This document shows, piece by piece, positions 25,856 through 35,144 of a stretch of 64,000 nucleotides of DNA (positions are counted from its first letter, which is position 1; every line of letters starts with the position of its first letter). The DNA lies in the IMG/VR virus record IMGVR_UViG_3300005512_000002, positions 1 through 64,000 of that record; one strand, given 5' to 3'. The notes beneath the pieces were generated by a model. The model saw only the letters and a program-made list of their open reading frames with translations, was not told where the DNA came from and ran no database searches. Position numbers and translations under genes: made by a program. This DNA comes from a virus (lineage: Duplodnaviria > Heunggongvirae > Uroviricota > Caudoviricetes).

Positions 25856-26913
25856 TGCAAGGTCTCCAAAAAGCCCTTGACCCGCTCGAACTCGGCGTCG
25901 AAATCCACCACCTCACGGAAGCGTTTGACCGTGCGTTCGGACCAGGCCGGCCAGTCGGCCGCCGCCCGCTCCAGTTGGCGCGCTACGCCCGCCACGCCGT
26001 GCCTGGCCAGGTCAATGCAGGTCTGCCCGTCCGTCATCAGGTGGCTGGCGATCTGGTCGCGGATCTCCTTGAGGCTGACCACCATGGGGCGTCCGCAGGC
26101 AAAGGCGTTGTGGATGTTGAACCCGTAGCCGTCACCCCCAGCCTTGACGTGCCAGACGAAGCCGTGCTCGCGCAGGGCGTCTTCGGGCCGATAGACCGCC
26201 CGGTCCGGATTGCCCGCCCCGTAATTATGGAAAACCCAACCCTTGGTCACCAGCCGGCCGAAAAGCTGTTTGAACTGATCCAGGTACGGAGGCCGTTGGT
26301 AGTGCATCAGGTTGCACAGGCTCTTGGGCTTGGCCACCGGCCAGGGCTGAAACTGATCGAGGCTAAACTCCTGGTGGTAGCGCACGTGCTGAACGCCTTC
26401 CGGGGGCTGGAAGCTGGTGGAGTTGAGCAGGTTCTTAACTCCGGGCGGCAGCGACCAGCCGACGTTGCCCATCTGGAACACGTGCTTGGCCTGCGGGCAG
26501 TATTGCTCGCAGAACTTTTCGTAACGAGCGAAATGGCCCGGGATACTGGACAGCACCAGGTCGAACCCCATCTGTTTGGCCAAGGGCAGAGTCACGCAAC
26601 GGTACACCCGCTCGCGGTAGACCGGGTCTTCGCACAGGTAGATGCCATCTCCGGTGGTGGTGAAATACTTGTTGATGCAATGGCGAGGCCCGTGCTCCTG
26701 CTCGACCGGCTGGCCCCAGATGTCCTGGGGCGTGGCCCGGCTGGTGTCCAGGTACTGCTGGGCGGTGTTGACGTGTGGGTAGACCGCCCAGTAGTCCTCG
26801 TGAAACCACTCCAGGCCGATGGGCCGGTAAAGCTCCCAACCCAGCCGGTCCTCAAAGAGGATTCGCAGGGACTCGTACAGGTCGGTGTGATGACAGTCGG
26901 CCAGAACTCGCAT
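25852..26913 (-). CDS. Putative glycosyltransferase (GT-B-like C-terminus), uncertain
   Basis: FVWHVKAGGDGYGFNIHNAFACGRPMV resembles GT-B donor-binding region; within the sugar cassette. Confidence 0.35.
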   Translation of the reverse strand: MRVLADCHHTDLYESLRILFEDRLGWELYRPIGLEWFHEDYWAVYPHVNTAQQYLDTSRATPQDIWGQPVEQEHGPRHCINKYFTTTGDGIYLCEDPVYRERVYRCVTLPLAKQMGFDLVLSSIPGHFARYEKFCEQYCPQAKHVFQMGNVGWSLPPGVKNLLNSTSFQPPEGVQHVRYHQEFSLDQFQPWPVAKPKSLCNLMHYQRPPYLDQFKQLFGRLVTKGWVFHNYGAGNPDRAVYRPEDALREHGFVWHVKAGGDGYGFNIHNAFACGRPMVVSLKEIRDQIASHLMTDGQTCIDLARHGVAGVARQLERAAADWPAWSERTVKRFREVVDFDAEFERVKGFLETLQ

Positions 26914-26920
26914 GACTTGC

Positions 26921-27691
26921 CTAACTCCCCCACCGCTTGGGTTCGCCGGCCGGCAGCCGCCATTGCGGATCGCCGACCAGCAGGTTGTTGAACGGCTCGC
27001 GGATCGACCAGTCGTTCACTCCCAGGGCCGGGTTGTCGAACGGACGATTGAAGCGGGCATTCAGGCCCGCTCCCCCCCACTTGGTCTGCAAGTAAACCGC
27101 CATGCGGTGGGCGTTATGCTGATAGAGTCGCAGCAGTCGCGGCTCTCGAAGATTCACGCTGGCCGCGTAGGAGTGGCAGAACTGGCCCTCAGCCAGCACC
27201 CGCTTCTCACCCACACCGTTGAAACCGCTACGACGGAAGTAGTCGGCGTCCTCGTGATAAGCAGGCCAGAAGTTCTCGTCGAAATACCCACCCATCTCGA
27301 CGCCCAGTCGGGTCAGGCCAAAGCAGTGCAGATTGCGGAACAGGTAAATGCTGTGAGACTGCTCGGCCTCGTGCTGTTCGATGAACGCCAACATCTCGGC
27401 CAGCGGCTTGTCCAGCACCGCCGACACCGACATGACCAGGGCCAGATCGCAGCCCTGCCCCATGGTGCGGCGGATACCCAGGTTCCAGCTTGCCGCCACC
27501 CCCAGGTTGTAAGGACAGTCATACACCTCGGCCCCGCCGGCATGGGCCTGCTGGCACAGGGCCCGCACCTCGGGGATATCGAGGTTGCAGACCATGATCA
27601 ATTTGGTCAGATCGCCCACGTCCTTGAGCTTCTGGGCCACAAGCTCGGGGGCGTTGGTCACGGGAATGACGACGCGGTAGTCCATGTTCAC
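26921..27691 (-). CDS. Glycosyltransferase family 2 (GT-A)
   Basis: YRVVIPVTNAPEL N-terminus, VAASWNLGI, YHEDADYFRR (ED motif) typical of GT2. Confidence 0.55.
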   Translation of the reverse strand: MNMDYRVVIPVTNAPELVAQKLKDVGDLTKLIMVCNLDIPEVRALCQQAHAGGAEVYDCPYNLGVAASWNLGIRRTMGQGCDLALVMSVSAVLDKPLAEMLAFIEQHEAEQSHSIYLFRNLHCFGLTRLGVEMGGYFDENFWPAYHEDADYFRRSGFNGVGEKRVLAEGQFCHSYAASVNLREPRLLRLYQHNAHRMAVYLQTKWGGAGLNARFNRPFDNPALGVNDWSIREPFNNLLVGDPQWRLPAGEPKRWGS

Positions 27692-27694
27692 GCC

Positions 27695-28186
27695 TCAGCG
27701 ATTGGTTACCCGCCAGCAGTCCCAGTAATCCCAGGGCAGGCGGTAGTCGTCGCCTTTGCTCTCGGCGAGCGTGCTGGTCGAGAAGAACATCACGATGCTG
27801 TCGCAGTCCAGGTCCTGCCAGCCGTTGAAGAACCCCGGTGGAATCCAGAGCAGTTGCGGTTTTGCACTACTCAACACCCAACGGGTTGCCCAAGGCAACT
27901 CGATCGCCACCCGGCGGCTGTCGCCACTGGCCATGTAGCTCTTGGCGTTCGCCAACATGGCCGGGGTCATGGACACCGTGCCCACCAGGATAGCCCCCTG
28001 GGCCACGTAAACATACTTGCCCTCGTGCTGGTGGCCATGCCAGGCCCGCACGCACTCGGGATTGTGGTTATGCACCTGGTAGAACCGCTTGACCGGAGTC
28101 ATGTCGAAATCGTTGGCGAAGGTAATCTGGCCGCGATCATCGACGGCCAGGCCGCCCTCAACGATGCAGGGGCAAGGGGAGTCCAT
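27695..28186 (-). CDS. RmlC-like cupin sugar epimerase/isomerase (dTDP-sugar 3,5-epimerase / FdtA-WxcM-like)
   Basis: FANDFDMTPVKRFYQVHNHNPECVRAWHGHQHEGKYVYVAQGAILVGTV cupin/epimerase-like. Confidence 0.5.
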   Translation of the reverse strand: MDSPCPCIVEGGLAVDDRGQITFANDFDMTPVKRFYQVHNHNPECVRAWHGHQHEGKYVYVAQGAILVGTVSMTPAMLANAKSYMASGDSRRVAIELPWATRWVLSSAKPQLLWIPPGFFNGWQDLDCDSIVMFFSTSTLAESKGDDYRLPWDYWDCWRVTNR

Positions 28187-29120
28187 CGTCGCTCCTTAGA
28201 AACTGGGCGTTGGAATAGTTCGGGTCCCGGTGATTGCGCACCCGGCCGCTCTGCACCAGATGGGCGATCTCCCGCACTCCATCGTCCAAACTGAAGGCTG
28301 GTTGCCAGCCGGTGGCCTGGATCTTGGCGGTGCTGACCTGGTAGTTGCGCAGGTCGTCCGGGCTGATATCGCTTTCGTCGATCAGGGCGTGGGGCACGTA
28401 GCGTCGGATCACCTCGGCGATCTGGCCAAGTCGCTTATTGGCCCAGGCCACGTTGTGCACACCTTGAAGATTTTGAGTGATCGCCCAGAACAGCACGCCG
28501 GCGGCGTCAGCCACGTGCATGAATGGCCGCCACTGCTGCGGACCGATGATGCTGACCGGCTCGCCAGCCGCCGCCCGGGCCGACAACAGGTTGACCACCA
28601 GGTCCAGGCGCAGGCGGGAGTAGGCGTCCCCGCTGCCGAAAAGAGTGCCAAATCGAGCCACGAAATGGTCCGCCACCCGTCCGGTGACGATCTGCTCGGC
28701 GGCGTACTTGCTCTTGGCATACAGCGAGATGGGTCCAGGTGTGCTGGTTTCGTCGAGCACCCCGTCCTGCCGGCCGTAGACCGAGCAGGTCGAGGCAAAG
28801 ATGATCCGCCCCCGGTAGTTCTGCACCAGCCATTCGACCGCTTGGGTGTTGATGGCCATGGTGTGCTCGGGGTCGCAGTCGCAGGCTCCGTCACCCACCA
28901 GGGCGGCCAGCCAGACCACCACGTCATAGTGGGGCAGAATCTGGGCCAGCCGGCGCCGGTCACGCACGTCGGCATGGATGAAGTGCACCGGCTTGAAGTA
29001 GCGGTGCTCGTAGGTCAGATTATCCAGGACGGTGACCGACAGGCCCGCCCGGGCCAGTTGGTCGGCAAGGTGACCGCCGATATAGCCGGCTCCGCCCACG
29101 ATGAGAATGCGGTTGCTCAT
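28158..29120 (-). CDS. NAD-dependent sugar epimerase/dehydratase (SDR family)
   Basis: ILIVGGAGYIGGHL (GxxGxxG) and YAKSKYAAE (YxxxK). Confidence 0.65.
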   Translation of the reverse strand: MSNRILIVGGAGYIGGHLADQLARAGLSVTVLDNLTYEHRYFKPVHFIHADVRDRRRLAQILPHYDVVVWLAALVGDGACDCDPEHTMAINTQAVEWLVQNYRGRIIFASTCSVYGRQDGVLDETSTPGPISLYAKSKYAAEQIVTGRVADHFVARFGTLFGSGDAYSRLRLDLVVNLLSARAAAGEPVSIIGPQQWRPFMHVADAAGVLFWAITQNLQGVHNVAWANKRLGQIAEVIRRYVPHALIDESDISPDDLRNYQVSTAKIQATGWQPAFSLDDGVREIAHLVQSGRVRNHRDPNYSNAQFLRSDDGLPLPLHR

Positions 29121-30007
29121 GATTCAGACAGTTCCCTGTAATCCTCGGTCTCCTCGGCCACCTGGGCGAGCATGTCGTCCCAGGACGGCTTGTCGATACC
29201 AGTCGCCTGGCGAAAACGGTCATCGACCATGGTGCGGTCGCAGAGCACGCTCTCGTCCGGCTTCACACGCAAGTCGAGATCGAAATGACGGGAGATCACG
29301 CCAAGCAAATGCCACTTGTTGATCTCAGGCCCGGCTACCTGGTACAGACCATGCAGGTCCGGGTGCTCCAGTATGACCAGCTTGATGATGCGGGCCAGTT
29401 CGTTGGTGGTCACACCGCTGTACAAGGCCCGCACGTAGCCATTGACCTGTTTACCCTTCTGGCTGAGAACCCATTCCAGCAGGCTGTAGCGATTGAACAC
29501 CTCCCGTCCGATGATGCTGGTGCGCAGGGTGAGTGTATTGTGCTGGTCCACCACCTCGCCCAGGGCCTTGCTCATGCCATAGTGATCCAGGGGATCGGTG
29601 GGCGAATCTTCGGTGTACTGCCCGTGGAGACCAGAGAACACGCAATCGGTACTGACGTGGATCAGCCGATTGCTGGCCTGACTCAGATCGTGCGGTAGGA
29701 TGCTGTTGACCCGCACCAACTCGCGGGGATCACCAGTGACACATCGCGGCTTGATGACCCCCGCACAATTGATCACGAACTCCGGCTCGCGCTCGAAGAT
29801 GATCGCATCGTAGTCGTGAGCATCGACTTCGTGTATCCAATAAACGTCGGTCACGGACATGCCAGGAAGATGTTGAACCGTATCGCACTGGTGGAACATC
29901 CGCACCAGAGCGGTGACCTCGAAGCGGCCGTCCTGAGCCAGCACCTGGGTTACCTTGTGTCCCAGCATCCCACTGGCGCCCGTCACCATAACGCGGATCT
30001 TGCTCAC
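29117..30007 (-). CDS. dTDP-4-dehydrorhamnose reductase (RmlD)-like NAD(P)-dependent reductase
   Basis: KIRVMVTGASGMLG and YGMSKALGE (YxxxK); GTGA overlap with the upstream methyltransferase stop; alternative ATG 29989. Confidence 0.55.
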   Translation of the reverse strand: MSKIRVMVTGASGMLGHKVTQVLAQDGRFEVTALVRMFHQCDTVQHLPGMSVTDVYWIHEVDAHDYDAIIFEREPEFVINCAGVIKPRCVTGDPRELVRVNSILPHDLSQASNRLIHVSTDCVFSGLHGQYTEDSPTDPLDHYGMSKALGEVVDQHNTLTLRTSIIGREVFNRYSLLEWVLSQKGKQVNGYVRALYSGVTTNELARIIKLVILEHPDLHGLYQVAGPEINKWHLLGVISRHFDLDLRVKPDESVLCDRTMVDDRFRQATGIDKPSWDDMLAQVAEETEDYRELSES

Positions 30008-30576
30008 AGCTTGCTCACTTTCTCGGCCATGGACTGGCAGGTCTCGCACGGTAGGCCGGCCAAAGCCACCCGCAATTCTTCGTAGGTCACCCGATCCATG
30101 CACGGCGGCGGGTCCAGGGGAACCGGCTGCGGGATGCAAGTGAACCCGCATAATCCGGGTTCCGGGGGCAGGAACCAGCAGGTCAGATCCCGCTGCGTGG
30201 TCAGGATGTAATGCAGCAGCTTGTAGGCATCCCCGCTGAACTGCGGGGCACACTGTGCTTCGCAGGTGGGGATCATGTCGTGCAGGAAGATCACGCCCCC
30301 GGAAGCAAGGTGCTCGACGCTGTGGTTGTAGTCCCGCACCACCTGGCGGAACTCATGGCAGGCGTCGATGTAGATCACATCGAAGACTTCATCACCCACC
30401 TCATGAGCAAAGAAGTCGTCGGTGGTCATCTGGAAGGTAGCCGGGTACTTGGCGTCCACCGAGAACTTCTCGTTGGCCCGCACCGTCCCGAAGGTGGCAC
30501 CCTGAAAGACGCCAAGCTCCAGGTACCGCTTGCGGTCCATGTCCGGCACAGCATTGATAATATCGGGAATGGCCAC
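30004..30576 (-). CDS. Class I SAM-dependent methyltransferase (small, O-MT-like)
   Basis: YLELGVFQGATF (motif I), VIYIDACH, GGVIFLHDM. Confidence 0.5.
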   Translation of the reverse strand: MAIPDIINAVPDMDRKRYLELGVFQGATFGTVRANEKFSVDAKYPATFQMTTDDFFAHEVGDEVFDVIYIDACHEFRQVVRDYNHSVEHLASGGVIFLHDMIPTCEAQCAPQFSGDAYKLLHYILTTQRDLTCWFLPPEPGLCGFTCIPQPVPLDPPPCMDRVTYEELRVALAGLPCETCQSMAEKVSKL

Positions 30577-30579
30577 GAC

Positions 30580-31308
30580 TTATTGCCCCTTGATCCAAAG
30601 GGTCTGTTGGAAATCCAGCACGCACTGCCAGCCGTGGTCGGCCAGGTAACACTTGGCCAGCCGGCTCTTGCCGCCGCCGGGGAAGTTGTTGTCGTCGATC
30701 AGGATCACCGTGCCGTCGTGCACCTGGGGCCAGGCGGCCTGCAGTTCGGCCAGACAATGGGCCTGACATGGGTTGATCAGATGGCCGAACTCGGCCAGGA
30801 TCTGCTCGTCGGTGCTTTGCCGGTACTCCTGGGGCAGGCCCTGAGCGGCCAGCCACCTGACGATGGGCACGATCGGATAGTCGTAACTGTCCAGGTACAG
30901 CAGGTCGATCCCGCCCCCACCCGAATGCACCTGGGGCATGCCATCCTGCTTGAAGTCCAGGGCCCCGGGCTGGCCCAGGCTCAGCAGGTAGGCCACCGAA
31001 TCCTGACAGGTGAGCGTGCGGACCGGGGCCCACGGGTCGGTGAGCCGGGCACACACGCTCAGGTTGTCGGCACTGATGTCCACCGTCCACAGGTGTCCGC
31101 CGTAGCGGCTCAGCACCTGGCAGAACAGGACGCTGGAGTACCCGGCCCCGTAATCGTCTTCCTGGCGGACACAGCCGGTCTCGACGATCCGGGTGCCGCC
31201 GCGTTGCAGGAACAGGTTCAAGGCCGCCCGCATGGTGGGCCAGCGGCTGTCCATCCGGGCCCGGTGGGTCTGATCGAACCAGTTATTCACCAAGGCGAAG
31301 TTGTGCAT
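30580..31308 (-). CDS. Putative class I SAM-dependent methyltransferase
   Basis: RIVETGCVRQEDDYGAGYSS, IDLLYLDSYDY, GTVILIDDNNF resemble Methyltransf_24-like cores. Confidence 0.4.
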   Translation of the reverse strand: MHNFALVNNWFDQTHRARMDSRWPTMRAALNLFLQRGGTRIVETGCVRQEDDYGAGYSSVLFCQVLSRYGGHLWTVDISADNLSVCARLTDPWAPVRTLTCQDSVAYLLSLGQPGALDFKQDGMPQVHSGGGGIDLLYLDSYDYPIVPIVRWLAAQGLPQEYRQSTDEQILAEFGHLINPCQAHCLAELQAAWPQVHDGTVILIDDNNFPGGGKSRLAKCYLADHGWQCVLDFQQTLWIKGQ

Positions 31309-31310
31309 GG

Positions 31311-32342
31311 CTACAAGGTCTCCAGAAAGTTCCGCCAGCCGGCCTTGGCAGCGTCCTTGGAAAACAACTCCACGGCCCGCTTGCGCCCAGCCCGGGAAAC
31401 AGCAGCCGCCAGATCGTCGTTCTCCATCAGGTGTCGAATGATGCCCTGGGCCTCGACCACGTCGTCGCAGGTAAAGCCGCTGATGCCCTCCTGGATCAGG
31501 TCCGGAACCTCGTACAGGTCGTGGCCCGGGAAGTAGTCGGCGTTGCCCAGCTTCGGACCCACCGCCACGATGGGAATGCCGGTCATCCAGGCCTCGATGA
31601 AGTTCAGCGTGTAGCTGGCCGGATGGGTGCCCACGTACAGGTACACCCGGTGGTCGCGCATGGCAGCTTTAAGCTCGTCGAAGCTCACCTTGCCCTGATT
31701 GGCACTGCCGGCCGCCTCGTTGCCCGGACCGTAGAGCTTGGTGGGAAAGCCGCTGGTCACCTGCTTCCAGAAGTCGTAGTTGCACTGCCGCACCCGGTCG
31801 GGCAGGGCCTGGTTGAACGTGATGACGGCTTTCTCGTGCCCGGTCCAGCCACCGAACTCCTCGGGGTCCTTGTAGAACCGGATCAGGGCGTCCTCGCCCA
31901 AGTACCCTGGGATGGTCCGCTCCCGGGGCGAGTAGCGCACCACCTTCAGGCCGTCCTGACGGTAGCGGGCCAGACCCATCTCGACCGGCTGAATGCTCTG
32001 GCCGATGGTCCGCCACACCACGGGTTTGTGCCGCATGGCGGGCCAGTTGCCGGCGATCCACTTGGGCAGGTGCATGACCACCACCGCGTCGAAGCGATCG
32101 ACAAACTTGCGGGTCAGGTGATCCTTGGCATCCTGACCAGGATACTGGGCGCACAGGGCGTGCCAGGCGGCCAGGTCCTCGGGGTCGTACTGAATGTTGG
32201 CCAGACCGGGGCGCATGCCATCGCCGGAGACCGCCGGGTCGATGTAGCAGCCAGGCGAAAAGACATAGTGGCCAAGCTCGCCGAGCAGGCTGACCTCGTC
32301 GTACTCCAGGATCGAATGGCAGGACAGGTACAAAATCCTCAT
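31311..32342 (-). CDS. Glycosyltransferase family 4 (GT-B)
   Basis: RVYLYVGTHPASYTLNFIEAWMTGIPIVAVG and GFTCDD...LAAAVSRAGRKRAVELFS match the GT4 C-terminal domain. Confidence 0.55.
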   Translation of the reverse strand: MRILYLSCHSILEYDEVSLLGELGHYVFSPGCYIDPAVSGDGMRPGLANIQYDPEDLAAWHALCAQYPGQDAKDHLTRKFVDRFDAVVVMHLPKWIAGNWPAMRHKPVVWRTIGQSIQPVEMGLARYRQDGLKVVRYSPRERTIPGYLGEDALIRFYKDPEEFGGWTGHEKAVITFNQALPDRVRQCNYDFWKQVTSGFPTKLYGPGNEAAGSANQGKVSFDELKAAMRDHRVYLYVGTHPASYTLNFIEAWMTGIPIVAVGPKLGNADYFPGHDLYEVPDLIQEGISGFTCDDVVEAQGIIRHLMENDDLAAAVSRAGRKRAVELFSKDAAKAGWRNFLETL

Positions 32343-33817
32343 GGCTGAGCGGCCCCTTCCCATTGACCGCTGAGCTTCAGCACGTTGAAGGCATCGCGGT
32401 CGGCTTGCTTCCTGGCGTTGAAATCGGCCCAATCGGCGTCCGCCTTCACGTCGTAGGCGGGAAAAAGGTACTTGAAATCGTCGTCGCCCTCGGCAGGGAT
32501 GTGCAGGTCCACCCGGTCAGCCACCTCGCAGGTCCGGTCGTACATATCGGACGTGAAAAGCTCGTGCTGCATCTCGCTGCGCTGCCGGATGCTGTAGACA
32601 CCCTGGTGTTCCTGGCCGGCGGCCAACCCGTCACCCACGGAGCCCTTGCCGATGCGTGAGCAGACCGCCTGCAGGACCGCATCTTCCGGCTTGGCGTAGT
32701 GGCAGTCACCGGCGACCACCACGGGCACGTCCAGTTGGCGGGCGACCTCCAGGATCTGCGGCACGGCCTGCATGTAGCGGTCGAAGTCGATCGGCTGCAC
32801 CTCGCAGTAGTACCGGTCGCCGAACACGTCGCGGCATCGCTTCATGACCTGGAAGCTGCGGGTCGGGTCGTAAAGATAGACGGGCACCTTCCGACCGTCC
32901 TCCAGCACCCGTAAGGTCTGCTGCTGGTTTTCCCGGGGCGGCTCGAACTGCTGCAGGTGCCAGGCCACGGCCCCCTTGAAGCAGCCCGAGAGCACGATCA
33001 GGCCCTGGTGGTGCTCGGCCAGCATCTGCCAGTCGATGCGCGGCACGTGGTAAAAGTGGTCCCGGCACGCGGCAGTCGCCAGCAGGCACAGGTTGTGGAA
33101 CCCGACCTGGTTCATGGCCAACACCGTCTGGTGATACTCGAAGCGCACCGGCTTGTCGGTCTCGTCCACGTAGGGCACACGCACGTCGTCCACCAGGTAG
33201 AACTCGCAGCCGATCAAGGGCTTGACACCCACCTCCCGGCAGGCCTGGTAGAACTTGAAGGCCGCGAACAGATAGCCGTGGTCGGTCAGGGCGATGGCCT
33301 GCTGGCCGTTAATCGCGGCCTGCTCGGCAATCTGCCGAGGGCTGGCCACACCATCCAGAAACGAATACATGCTGTGCACGTGCAGGTGGCAGAACCGGTC
33401 GTCGGTGGCCAGGGCCCTGCCGCGATACAGGGAGTAGCCGCCGTCAGCCGACAGGTCCAGAATCTTGCGGGCCAGGCGTCCCAAGTCCGGCACGGCCAGG
33501 GTGCTCACGCCGCCGAGGTCCTGACTGGCGATCAAGTAGGCCTTGCTGCGCACCCCGTCCAGCAGGACCGTCCAGAGCGACGCAAGGCCGGGGAACTGGC
33601 TTCCGGGGGCCCAGCTTCCGGGGGGGTCGATCTGCCCTTGCGGTCCCACGGCGATCGGCACCACGTGGTAGGTGGCCCCGGTGTCCGGGTTGGTGGCCAG
33701 ATACCCTTCGGCGTGCATGTTCACACCCAGCGCGTCCGCCCCGCGATCGGCAAAGAATGCCGTCGCCGTGCGGGCTTCAAGCTCGGATGCCGGGTTGTAG
33801 TCCGGTCCTCGGGGCAT
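32339..33817 (-). CDS. PHP-domain protein corresponding to the detached N-terminal PHP domain of DnaE, with a ~140-aa N-terminal extension
   Basis: CHLHVHSMYSFLDGVASPRQIAEQAAINGQQAIALTDHGYLFAAFKFYQACREVGVKPLIGCEFYLV matches the DnaE PHP opening; later LSGC, E, CHY motifs; ends where DnaE PHP would join the palm. Confidence 0.7.
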   Translation of the reverse strand: MPRGPDYNPASELEARTATAFFADRGADALGVNMHAEGYLATNPDTGATYHVVPIAVGPQGQIDPPGSWAPGSQFPGLASLWTVLLDGVRSKAYLIASQDLGGVSTLAVPDLGRLARKILDLSADGGYSLYRGRALATDDRFCHLHVHSMYSFLDGVASPRQIAEQAAINGQQAIALTDHGYLFAAFKFYQACREVGVKPLIGCEFYLVDDVRVPYVDETDKPVRFEYHQTVLAMNQVGFHNLCLLATAACRDHFYHVPRIDWQMLAEHHQGLIVLSGCFKGAVAWHLQQFEPPRENQQQTLRVLEDGRKVPVYLYDPTRSFQVMKRCRDVFGDRYYCEVQPIDFDRYMQAVPQILEVARQLDVPVVVAGDCHYAKPEDAVLQAVCSRIGKGSVGDGLAAGQEHQGVYSIRQRSEMQHELFTSDMYDRTCEVADRVDLHIPAEGDDDFKYLFPAYDVKADADWADFNARKQADRDAFNVLKLSGQWEGAAQP

Positions 33818-33891
33818 ACGGCACCCGACTCCTCACACAAGGGACATCTGTGACAAGTCCCCTATCGACTCATCACACAGCGAACCTAAGC

Positions 33892-35142
33892 TCAGGTCAG
33901 AGCCACCTCGTTGGCGATGGCCGTCAGCCGGTCACCGAGCTTCTGACAGGCGATCTTCCAGGAAAAGCGTGTGCTCATGTCGCGGCGGGCCTGCTGGCGG
34001 ATCTCGGCCATCCGATCACCCAGGCTCGCCTCGTAGGCCAGCCGCATGGTGGCGGCCAGTTCATCCAGGTCGCAGTCGGCCCAGTGCTGCTCCTCGTAGT
34101 GCCGGCACTCGCCCCGCTCTCCGCGATTGGCCGGCACCAGCTTGTAGTTCTTCAGCAGCAGCGAGTTGTCATCGGTCATGAACTCGGTGTTGCCGGACCA
34201 GTTCACCGCGATGGTGGCGCATCCCGAGGCCATGGCCTCACTGAAGGTCAGCCCCCACCCTTCACCGCGTGAGGGCAGCGCGTAGCAGTCCAGGGCCGAG
34301 TAGAAGCCCGGCATGGCGGCGGCGGGCAGAATGTCGGTGACCAGGGCCACGCGCGGGCAGGTGCTCTCGCTGTGACCGCAGGCCGCGCGCAGCTTCTGCA
34401 GCTTGCCGCGAATGTAAGCCACCGAGCGTTCGACGGGGTACTGGTAAAACACCTTGAGCACCAGGCAGACCGGGTCCTTGCGGGTGAACGTCCGGAAGTA
34501 CGCGGTCAGCAGGCCCTCGGGGTTCTTGCGCGGACTCCAGTCGAAGTTCGAGCCGAACAGAAAGTAGTCCTTCTTCAAGGCCGCCAGTTCCGGCATGGGC
34601 TCGGCCCCCGGATGATAAAACGCGGTGTCTACGCCGTGGGGTACGACCGTGATCCGCCGGCGAATGCCCTGTTTGCGGAAGACCTGCTTGTTGAACTGGG
34701 AGAAGACGATGATTTCGTCCATGCTCCGGAGCGGTGCCTGCCAGCCCTGCGGCAGACCGTCGGTCTCGAAGGTGGTCATCCCGATGTGGTAGCGGCACTG
34801 CGGCGGCCCCACCAGATAATTCTCGGGCGTCAGATGCTGCAAGAACAGGAACGGGGCCCCCACCGCCAGGGTGCGGTCCTGCATGCGCATGAGGGCGGGC
34901 AGGGCGTTGCCCACATCCAACTGTTCGCCCTGCCAGAAGTACCGGGGCTTGAGATACAAGTCGAAGCCGCCGGCCGCGTCCAGGCCCAGCAGGTATCGCC
35001 GCGAGGCCTCGCCGTAGCCCGAGGGGTCCATGACCGAGCCCGACCAGACCAGCGGCACCCCCGGAAGTTTCTCCACGGGGTCTGTCGCCACCGGGCCAAC
35101 ACGATCGAGTGCACGCGGTGTTGCTTCGGGTGATTGCAGCAT
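33892..35142 (-). CDS. Glycosyltransferase family 4 (GT-B)
   Basis: LPSRGEGWGLTFSEAMASGCATIAVN matches E..G.GL...EAMA.G.PVIA. Confidence 0.6.
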   Translation of the reverse strand: MLQSPEATPRALDRVGPVATDPVEKLPGVPLVWSGSVMDPSGYGEASRRYLLGLDAAGGFDLYLKPRYFWQGEQLDVGNALPALMRMQDRTLAVGAPFLFLQHLTPENYLVGPPQCRYHIGMTTFETDGLPQGWQAPLRSMDEIIVFSQFNKQVFRKQGIRRRITVVPHGVDTAFYHPGAEPMPELAALKKDYFLFGSNFDWSPRKNPEGLLTAYFRTFTRKDPVCLVLKVFYQYPVERSVAYIRGKLQKLRAACGHSESTCPRVALVTDILPAAAMPGFYSALDCYALPSRGEGWGLTFSEAMASGCATIAVNWSGNTEFMTDDNSLLLKNYKLVPANRGERGECRHYEEQHWADCDLDELAATMRLAYEASLGDRMAEIRQQARRDMSTRFSWKIACQKLGDRLTAIANEVALT

Positions 35143-35144
35143 AA

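Noticed and set aside
33818-33891. Imperfect inverted repeat GGGACATCTGTGACAAGTCCC upstream of the PHP gene as an operator
   Set aside because: It is a single copy with weak symmetry and no recognisable -10/-35 partner.
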